This document shows positions 30,894-38,056 of a stretch of 56,627 nucleotides of DNA, piece by piece; the stretch's first letter is position 1, and the number at the start of each line of letters is the position of its first letter. The stretch is from a virus (lineage: Duplodnaviria > Caudoviricetes): positions 1 through 56,627 of the IMG/VR virus record IMGVR_UViG_3300029822_000012; one strand, given 5' to 3'. The notes beneath the pieces were generated by a model that saw only the letters and a program-made list of their open reading frames with translations, had not been told where the DNA came from and searched no databases. The position numbers were made by a program, and so were the translations under genes.

Positions 30894-31383
30894 AAAGGCT
30901 ACAAAGAAACGGTTCGCAAAGAAAATAAAAAAGGTAAAAAGTAGAAAGCGAAGAAAAGAAATACTCGCTTCATACTGGGGAATGTGCAAGCATGGAGATT
31001 GCAATAATTTATGGAGCGTAATAACAGATGATTATATGGGATTTTCAAAAAAAGGAATAAGGCAGAGTAATAGGACAAAGGAAGGTAAGAAGTTCTATGA
31101 TGTTTCAACAACCCGTCTTATAGATATACTGAATGTTCCGGTGACGATAATTGACTTTGAAAGCGGTATAAAGACAAAACAGGGAGAAGACAGGTATTGT
31201 GTATTGTTCGAGTTGGAAGGCAAGAAGCAGAAGTTTATTACCAACTGCTTTAACATAAAAGATATACTCGACCAGAGCAGGGAAGCAGAGGAAAAGGGGA
31301 GAAAGATATTTCCTGTTGACAATGTAATAATAAAACGTAGACCACTAAGTGAAGGCAAGAGTACATATTACTTTGAAGAATAA
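30805..31383 (+). CDS. DGR reverse transcriptase C-terminal piece fused to an extra ~115-aa domain
   Basis: IDFLGY, LLRK, ASYWGMCKHGD, then in-frame domain from MGFSKKG (ATG 31036); ATG 30805 in +1 frame. Confidence 0.82.
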   Translation: MARIREKESVCGRRIDFLGYQFTNEKTLLRKATKKRFAKKIKKVKSRKRRKEILASYWGMCKHGDCNNLWSVITDDYMGFSKKGIRQSNRTKEGKKFYDVSTTRLIDILNVPVTIIDFESGIKTKQGEDRYCVLFELEGKKQKFITNCFNIKDILDQSREAEEKGRKIFPVDNVIIKRRPLSEGKSTYYFEE

Positions 31384-31406
31384 TAACAACTATAAAAAAT
31401 ACAACT

Positions 31407-31772
31407 ATGAAATGTCAAGGTTCTTTTTCAAGCGATGAATTACAAGTTATTAAAGAGGGTAATCTGTTAAGAATATTCTTCGATTTAACACCCGCGAAGG
31501 ATGAGGAAAACGAAGTGATTGAAGGCATGTATGATTGCGAAAACGTGGATGTCGATAGCATGCAGTACGGGGATATTGTTTCTGCAATAATCCGAAGCAG
31601 ATACACTCAAGACACCGTAGAAGCGATCCTCTCCAATTACGAGGAAGCTAAAGATGCAACCTCTGATCTCGCACAGGAAAAAAGAGAAGAATATTCAGAC
31701 GAATACACTGATTACCAGAATTGGAGAAAGCATGCCAAGGATATTGCCCGACAAGTTTCCGACTTGCTGTAA
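31407..31772 (+). CDS. Hypothetical protein (possible tail-fibre chaperone)
   Basis: 121 aa acidic; IVSAIIRSRY..EAILSNY..YQNWRKHAK. Confidence 0.65.
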   Translation: MKCQGSFSSDELQVIKEGNLLRIFFDLTPAKDEENEVIEGMYDCENVDVDSMQYGDIVSAIIRSRYTQDTVEAILSNYEEAKDATSDLAQEKREEYSDEYTDYQNWRKHAKDIARQVSDLL

Positions 31773-31791
31773 CACTATAGGAGATAAACTT

Positions 31792-32982
31792 ATGGCTATT
31801 ATAAAAAAGATAATGGGCTTTATAACCATACACAGAAGCCCTAAAGATGGCGATAAAGGTGAGCCCGGCAGGGACGGCACCAACTACCTTGTCATGGGCT
31901 GGTGGGATCCTACTATAAGCTACAAATTAAGTGATGCAGGAATACCGATTGTAAAGGTTGAAGATGAATCAGACGATGGATTTTCTGTTTACAAGTTGAC
32001 AGCTACAGCCTCTACAATTGGCGCCAAGCCACCAAACAATGAATGGGAGAAAGTCCAAAGCGCAGAATTTATCTACATGCAGCAGGCTTACATCGAGCGA
32101 CTGCAATTTGAAAGCGCACTCGGTGGTGGGTTTGAAATTGTTGACGGCCAATTCCAATCCATCGCAAAGGATACGAATGGAGTGAGATTAATGGTTTTTG
32201 ATGGGTTGACCGGAGGCGGTCATTTGGCAGGTGGCAATATATCATGGGATGAAGAGGGCAATTCACTGTTTACCGGGTCAATCCAATCCTCTGATGAGGG
32301 CAACAGAATTGTTATTGATGCCGGGGATAGGAGTCTGAAAATGATAAATAAATACGACAAACAACTTGTCAATTTTCATTTCTATGAAGGCACGGACGGC
32401 TGGGGGACTTCATATCCTATTTTAAGGATGGATTCATGGAGTAAAGATGCTATAGGTGATTGGAGTTCAGATTATTTTACTGACTATTCACCATTTGGTA
32501 TAAATTTTAGAAGCTGGGATAACAATCTTCCTTGGGACGGTCAATTGAATTCTCACGGGATGAATATTTCATACGGGTGGCAGGGAACAGATAGCGAAAG
32601 AAGTATAAGAATTGGGTTAATTGATGATCAGTATCTTGAAATGAGGATGAAGGGATCAGTAATATCTAACTTATCTTTAAAGCCAAAGGTAATCTTAGGG
32701 AGTGCCTCAGTATGGCTTGATCACTGGGATGTATTTGTGACATGCTATAATTCTTCGAACATTAATGTTTACTTGCCCTCCTCTCCTTCTCTTGGTGCTA
32801 TTAAATTTATACGTAGAATGAATGCATCAAATGTTACTGTGATGGGGAATGGAAAGCAGATTTCACACGGGAACGGCTCTATATCGTCTTCTATTTCAGC
32901 GGGCTCAGGACGCGGTGATACAGCCGTATTTTTTTGGGACGGATCGTATTGGTCATACAACTATTGGGTTAGAGATGCTTAA
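31792..32982 (+). CDS. Putative tail fibre/spike protein
   Basis: Collagen-like GDKGEPGRDG, Gly/Trp-rich beta repeats; start set at MAIIKK. Confidence 0.65.
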   Translation: MAIIKKIMGFITIHRSPKDGDKGEPGRDGTNYLVMGWWDPTISYKLSDAGIPIVKVEDESDDGFSVYKLTATASTIGAKPPNNEWEKVQSAEFIYMQQAYIERLQFESALGGGFEIVDGQFQSIAKDTNGVRLMVFDGLTGGGHLAGGNISWDEEGNSLFTGSIQSSDEGNRIVIDAGDRSLKMINKYDKQLVNFHFYEGTDGWGTSYPILRMDSWSKDAIGDWSSDYFTDYSPFGINFRSWDNNLPWDGQLNSHGMNISYGWQGTDSERSIRIGLIDDQYLEMRMKGSVISNLSLKPKVILGSASVWLDHWDVFVTCYNSSNINVYLPSSPSLGAIKFIRRMNASNVTVMGNGKQISHGNGSISSSISAGSGRGDTAVFFWDGSYWSYNYWVRDA

Positions 32983-32992
32983 TAATGATAAT

Positions 32993-33280
32993 ATGAAAAA
33001 AATAAACTTTGAAGAAATGGAGTTTTTTCTGAACATCGAGAAAACTCAAAAAAGAACACAGGACGTAAAGAGTCAGTTTGCGAATGCTATATATGTAGGT
33101 GCAACGGGCATTGAGATGCATGCCCTGGCCATGAAGATATATAATTCAAAAGGTGCTACTGAATTTACTGACAAAGAATGCAGTATGATATTGCAGGTAT
33201 CAAATCGGTTTACTCCGATGTTTATTGATGCGATAAATGCTGTACTTGACAAACAGGCTGACAATAAATCGAAAAAATAA
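32993..33280 (+). CDS. Hypothetical phage protein
   Basis: 95 aa MKKINF..FANAIY..HALAMKIYNSKG. Confidence 0.7.
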   Translation: MKKINFEEMEFFLNIEKTQKRTQDVKSQFANAIYVGATGIEMHALAMKIYNSKGATEFTDKECSMILQVSNRFTPMFIDAINAVLDKQADNKSKK

Positions 33281-33394
33281 AACATTATGGCAGATAAATA
33301 GGTAAAAGGATTAAACAGCGCGCCTATGGTTACGCAGATGGGTGGCAGGGGGTGGCTATTTGGCGGAAAGAATGATAATAATTGGACTTAAAAC

Positions 33395-33571
33395 ATGATG
33401 AAACTATACATACGGTTCGGGAGCCTCGCAAGGTTCGAACGACTATACAAAAGCAGCGAATTTTTGCAAGCGGCTCTAACGAAAGAAACTGGGGTCAGGT
33501 GGATCTTCGACAGCGAGGACAAAGACGATATAGTGAAATTGCTGAAAGGCGTAAATTATGAAATGGCATGA
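33395..33571 (+). CDS. Small hypothetical protein (not in ORF track)
   Basis: 58 aa MMKLYIRFG..YEMA; stop overlaps holin start (ATGA). Confidence 0.55.
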   Translation: MMKLYIRFGSLARFERLYKSSEFLQAALTKETGVRWIFDSEDKDDIVKLLKGVNYEMA

Positions 33572-34059
33572 AATCGGTATTGTTGAGTTTGGCAAGGATA
33601 GCGGATAAACTGGAGATGGCCCTGCATAGCGTGTGGGGATGGATTTTGGTCGCGATAACGTCAGCGGCCACATTCCTACAGCCCGAGGCGTGGTCGTTCT
33701 ACGTCGTGGCCGGGGCGGTAGCTGCTGATCTTTTCTGGGGCATCCTCGCAGCGATGAAGCTAAAGAAATTCATACTTTCAAAAGCACTCCGGGAGACCGT
33801 CAAGAAAGTGGGGATATACGCCTACGTGATGATCGGGGTATTCGCTATCGAGAAAATCACTCACACGGAAGGGAGTTTCATAGCCCTGCGGACAATAGCC
33901 ATCTTTGCCGCGGTATGCGAATTGTGGAGCATGAGCGGATCTATGCTTATAGTTAAGCCCAACATGCCATTTCTAAAATTATTCCGCGGGCAACTCAAAG
34001 GAGAGATCGCGGCAAAAGTAAGCAAGAATGTAAACATAGATGATATTTTGGAAGAATAG
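33568..34059 (+). CDS. Holin
   Basis: 163 aa, 3-4 TM segments, directly upstream of endolysin. Confidence 0.8.
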   Translation: MKSVLLSLARIADKLEMALHSVWGWILVAITSAATFLQPEAWSFYVVAGAVAADLFWGILAAMKLKKFILSKALRETVKKVGIYAYVMIGVFAIEKITHTEGSFIALRTIAIFAAVCELWSMSGSMLIVKPNMPFLKLFRGQLKGEIAAKVSKNVNIDDILEE

Positions 34060-34061
34060 AT

Positions 34062-34637
34062 ATGAGGCAATTCTACGATTCTATAACTAATAGCCTTTTT
34101 GGAGGAGGCATAACCACTTCGCAAAGGGAAGGATTAGAGTTCAAGCTTAGAGCTTTCGCGGAGGCGAGGATAACTGACCTTCGATGGCAGGCGTACATGC
34201 TTGCAACTTCCTATCATGAGACCGGGCGGACAATGCAGCCCATTGAAGAATGGGGTAAAGGGAGAGGCAGGCCATACGGGCAGAAGATAAAGCACAGCAG
34301 GAAGCCTTACACGTACCCTGACAAGCTTTATTTTGGGCGGGGCGACGTGCAGCTCACTTGGTACGAAAATTACGAGCTTATGGGCCGCTTGCTGGGTATC
34401 CCCCTACTCGAACAACCCGAGTTGGCTTTAACCCCCGAAATATCCGCTAAAATAATGATCGAGGGGATGACAAAAGGGAAATCGAATAGAGGCGATTTTA
34501 CAGGCGTATCACTTGAAAGCTATTTCAATTCGCACCGGGATGATCCTATTCAAGCAAGGCGCATCATCAACAGGCTGGATAAAGCCAATTTGATAGCCGG
34601 GTATCACGATAAATTCTTAAAAGCATTGCAGTTATGA
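34062..34637 (+). CDS. Endolysin, glycoside hydrolase family 19-like
   Basis: AYMLATSYHETG, YFGRGDVQLTWYENY, ARRIIN motifs. Confidence 0.88.
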   Translation: MRQFYDSITNSLFGGGITTSQREGLEFKLRAFAEARITDLRWQAYMLATSYHETGRTMQPIEEWGKGRGRPYGQKIKHSRKPYTYPDKLYFGRGDVQLTWYENYELMGRLLGIPLLEQPELALTPEISAKIMIEGMTKGKSNRGDFTGVSLESYFNSHRDDPIQARRIINRLDKANLIAGYHDKFLKALQL

Positions 34638-34894
34638 AAACAAAGATTAAAGAGATAGCTGGCCAGTATTACTTCCATTGCCCGGGGTGCGAGATGATTC
34701 ACGGGATCGGCAAGTCGTGGGAGTTTAACGGTGACTTTGAAAAGCCAACATTCTCTCCTTCTATCCTCGTCAGGGGAGGTGATATACATTGTCATTCCTT
34801 TGTCAAAAACGGGATGATACAGTTCCTTGGTGACTGCCACCATAAGCTAAAGAATCAAACAATTGAACTTCCAGATTATGAAAACGAAAGCTAA
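34634..34894 (+). CDS. DUF6527-like small Cys/His protein
   Basis: HCPGC..H, WEFNGD..PTFSPSIL, CHSFV..G.IQFLGDC. Confidence 0.7.
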   Translation: MKTKIKEIAGQYYFHCPGCEMIHGIGKSWEFNGDFEKPTFSPSILVRGGDIHCHSFVKNGMIQFLGDCHHKLKNQTIELPDYENES

Positions 34895-35459
34895 ACATCG
34901 AATATGGTTCGCGATCCTCCTGATCGGGCTGATAGCCTTGTTCGCTACCGGGTGCAAACCAAAGGAGATTATCACCGAACGTGTGATAACGAAAATAGAC
35001 AGCACTGCAATTTGGAAGCTGCAAATGAAGTTGGCTCAGAAGGAAGTTCAAGTTAGTTCGCTTGAATTAGAGCTAAACAAGACAAGAAGCGAAAACACCC
35101 GACTGAACAGCGAGGTTTCATCCAAAAGGACAGAGTATGACACGAGTCGGCCAGTAAACCCGGATACCGGCAAGCCTCCCGTTTCCAGCGAGACGGAGAC
35201 TCACACTAAAAGTCAACTTGAAAAAGATATTCAGGAAAAGGAAACGATTATTCGAGAGTTCCGAAAAGAGGTTGAAACGCTCACTACAAAAAATAGCAAC
35301 CTTGAATTAGAAGTGGAATCATTTAAGCAAGAAAACAGTGACCTGAAATCGAAAACGGTTCCTGCTTTTAACCTGAAATGGTTTTTATGGGGAATAGGTA
35401 TAGGTGTAGGGATAAACGTTGCGATTTATTTAGCGTTACGTAGAAGAAAGATAATTTGA
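34878..35459 (+). CDS. Putative unimolecular spanin (lipoprotein with C-terminal TM)
   Basis: Signal peptide with FATG-C lipobox, coiled coil, C-terminal TM and basic tail; in lysis cassette. Confidence 0.7.
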   Translation: MKTKAKHRIWFAILLIGLIALFATGCKPKEIITERVITKIDSTAIWKLQMKLAQKEVQVSSLELELNKTRSENTRLNSEVSSKRTEYDTSRPVNPDTGKPPVSSETETHTKSQLEKDIQEKETIIREFRKEVETLTTKNSNLELEVESFKQENSDLKSKTVPAFNLKWFLWGIGIGVGINVAIYLALRRRKII

Positions 35460-37561
35460 ACACGATAGATTCCATACTAAAAGAGAACACTAAGCGAAAC
35501 AAAAATAAAAACAGAGAATATGATCCGGTTACAGGGATTGGCTCGTATGGTGAAAGAGTGCGTTTCGAGATAGAAGATGCACCCTTTCCTTTATTATGGC
35601 TGCCCAAGCCTATGCTCGATAACGAGTTTGTAAAAGAGATTGCAAAATACAAGTCATTCGAGAGGATGTATGAAGCCAATAACCTTGAGTTTGATGAAGA
35701 TGAAAAACAGAACTGCTGGATAGACTTTTGCGAGACCAGGATATTATACGATTTTGAATACTACGCATGCCAATATGAAACGATAGAGGATGGTATAACT
35801 GAAGAGATGATCCCATTTAGGATGAACCTCGCGCAAAGGAAGTTTAACGAAATAGTCATGGGCGATCTTCTAAGCAATAAACCCGTGAGAGTGATAAGCC
35901 TTAAAGCAAGACAACATGGAATCTCAACCTATATTCAAATATTATTCTCTTGGATTCAAAAAGTAAAAAAGAAGCGATGGAATAGCGTTATCTGCGCCCA
36001 CGTAAACGATGCCGCTAAAAACATTAGAAGTATGTACACCCGATCCATGGAGTACACTATACCTATTGGGGGAATAAAGTACACCGTTAGCCCTTTCGAA
36101 CAAACGCAGAATATCAAAGAGATTAAACAAAGAGGCTGCAGGATTACAGTAGGAACAGCAGAAAAGCCAGAATCAGTAAGATCACAAAACCCTAAATTAG
36201 CTCATTTTTCGGAGGTTGCGTTCTATCCTAACACGGACAAAAAACAAACATCTGCATTGATTGGCTCAATTTTAGGGACCATGAAGTTGTCACCATGGAC
36301 TGTTGTGGTGCACGAGAGTACAGCTAATGGTTTCGGGGATTACTTTCAATTGGAATATGCAAAAGCAAAAAAAGGGGAAAATGCCTACACGCCAACATTT
36401 CTCGCATGGTTTTATAACCCTAACTATGTTGAAGAATTTGACGGAACATATTACACGTTTTCAGGTAAAAAAACAGACGGTGCCATAGAAGAATTTATAC
36501 TCTCGATGAATGATTATGAAAAGAATTTATTCAATAATCATAAGGATTGCACGCTTGAAAACCTTAACTGGTACAGGGGAAAAAATGGAGAGATGGTATC
36601 ACGCGCGATCATGAAGCAAGAATTCCCAAGTGATGACAACGAAGCATTTCAAGACTCCGGAAGACCTGTATTTAGAGATGACGACATCGAGCGCATGAGA
36701 TCCGACTGCAAGGATCCAGTAGCCATCGGAACACTCGTGGCAGATGCAGATCCAAGTACAGCCAATATTCATCCGAAGAACAGGGCTTCAATACTTGAAA
36801 ACATTAGATTCATAGAAGATCCCGAAGCAATGGAAGCAATGCGAGGGAGTGATGTTAAGTTGCGCGCAAGGAAAACACAAGATAAGATTAAGGTATGGAG
36901 AATGCCTTCACCGCTGAAAATTAAACACCGGTATCTCGTAATATTTGACCCTCAAAAGGGTATAACAGAAAAGGCAGACTGGGGCGTAATCACCGTTATT
37001 GATAGGTTGCCAATGATGAGTGGCGAGAAACCGGAGATTGTTGCCCAGTTCAGAGGGCACATTGATAAGGATATCACCATATGGATTGCAATGCAGATCG
37101 CGAAGTGGTATAACGATGCTCTACTCGTGGTCGAGAGCAATACCTATGATGCAGATAACAACAGCAGGGATGATGATGCAGAAATGATCTTTGAGGTGGT
37201 TAAAGAATACTACGACAATCTTTACACCCGTACCTCTGCCGACAAAATTAGAGAGGGGTATCCCGTAAAATGGGGATTCAACACCAACAGATCTACCAAG
37301 CCAATGATCATAAACAACTACATCTCTATAATAAGAGAAGATGGTTATGTTGAAAGAGACAGCGAGGCTCTTGATGAAGCTCGAATGTACGAGCAAAAAG
37401 ATGATGGCAAATATGGAGCAAAGGAGGGGCAGCATGACGATATACTGATGACAAGGATGATCGGTCTCTATATAGCGTACACCATGCCTATTCCTAAATT
37501 AATAGAAGAAAAAAGGAACACGCAGCCAAGGAGTAGGGCCGGCTCCATGAGCGATATATAA
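35456..37561 (+). CDS. terL: Terminase large subunit
   Basis: LKARQHGIST (Walker A), AHFSEVAF (Walker B), HESTANG, nuclease DPQKG..DW, VVESN, HDDILM; TTG start. Confidence 0.92.
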   Translation: MNTIDSILKENTKRNKNKNREYDPVTGIGSYGERVRFEIEDAPFPLLWLPKPMLDNEFVKEIAKYKSFERMYEANNLEFDEDEKQNCWIDFCETRILYDFEYYACQYETIEDGITEEMIPFRMNLAQRKFNEIVMGDLLSNKPVRVISLKARQHGISTYIQILFSWIQKVKKKRWNSVICAHVNDAAKNIRSMYTRSMEYTIPIGGIKYTVSPFEQTQNIKEIKQRGCRITVGTAEKPESVRSQNPKLAHFSEVAFYPNTDKKQTSALIGSILGTMKLSPWTVVVHESTANGFGDYFQLEYAKAKKGENAYTPTFLAWFYNPNYVEEFDGTYYTFSGKKTDGAIEEFILSMNDYEKNLFNNHKDCTLENLNWYRGKNGEMVSRAIMKQEFPSDDNEAFQDSGRPVFRDDDIERMRSDCKDPVAIGTLVADADPSTANIHPKNRASILENIRFIEDPEAMEAMRGSDVKLRARKTQDKIKVWRMPSPLKIKHRYLVIFDPQKGITEKADWGVITVIDRLPMMSGEKPEIVAQFRGHIDKDITIWIAMQIAKWYNDALLVVESNTYDADNNSRDDDAEMIFEVVKEYYDNLYTRTSADKIREGYPVKWGFNTNRSTKPMIINNYISIIREDGYVERDSEALDEARMYEQKDDGKYGAKEGQHDDILMTRMIGLYIAYTMPIPKLIEEKRNTQPRSRAGSMSDI

Positions 37562-37564
37562 AAT

Positions 37565-37594
37565 GTGGTTACTAACCTCACGGCCAGCAACCAC
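37565..37594. terminator. Possible hairpin between convergent genes
   Basis: GTGGTTACT..AGCAACCAC imperfect stem. Confidence 0.35.
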
Positions 37595-37644
37595 CATACA
37601 CGTAAATTAAACAAAACTTACAAATACATGAAAAAAGTCATTTT

Positions 37645-38055
37645 TCAAACAGGCTTCCGACTTAACCTGCCTGACACCTTATTTACAGTCCTTATCGATT
37701 TAGCGTACCTGACATATTTTTTAGTAGCTTTCTTCCGATCTTCTTTTGATATATTATTGTTGTTACTTAGGGGGGTTGCATAAAAACATTTGTGCTCAAG
37801 ATCCAAAGTAGTCATTGTTTTTGGAAGCCATTTCTTTCGTTTGTATGCCCGAAACATGTACTTATCAAATATCTTTAACCTCTCTCCACGTGGGGTTACG
37901 ATAATCGAGACAAAAAAACGCCTGTTGTATGTTTTCTGCATGATGTTAGCCATGAATATCAATAACCGGATCTTTGTCGTTGACGTAACAGTGGTTATGG
38001 CCAAGCCAATATACTCTCTAATTTCTCTAAAGTCGCTTCTAATCTGCTTAATCAT
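37645..38055 (-). CDS. Hypothetical basic protein
   Basis: 136 aa, starts immediately after the stop of the upstream gene. Confidence 0.7.
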   Translation of the reverse strand: MIKQIRSDFREIREYIGLAITTVTSTTKIRLLIFMANIMQKTYNRRFFVSIIVTPRGERLKIFDKYMFRAYKRKKWLPKTMTTLDLEHKCFYATPLSNNNNISKEDRKKATKKYVRYAKSIRTVNKVSGRLSRKPV

Positions 38056-38056
38056 T

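Noticed and set aside
31792-32982. Second DGR target
   Set aside because: No match to the TR found by eye in this or any other gene.
33299-33301. TAG reassignment (alternative genetic code)
   Set aside because: Genes are intact in the standard code and some end in TAG (24231, 34059); one interrupted remnant is not evidence.
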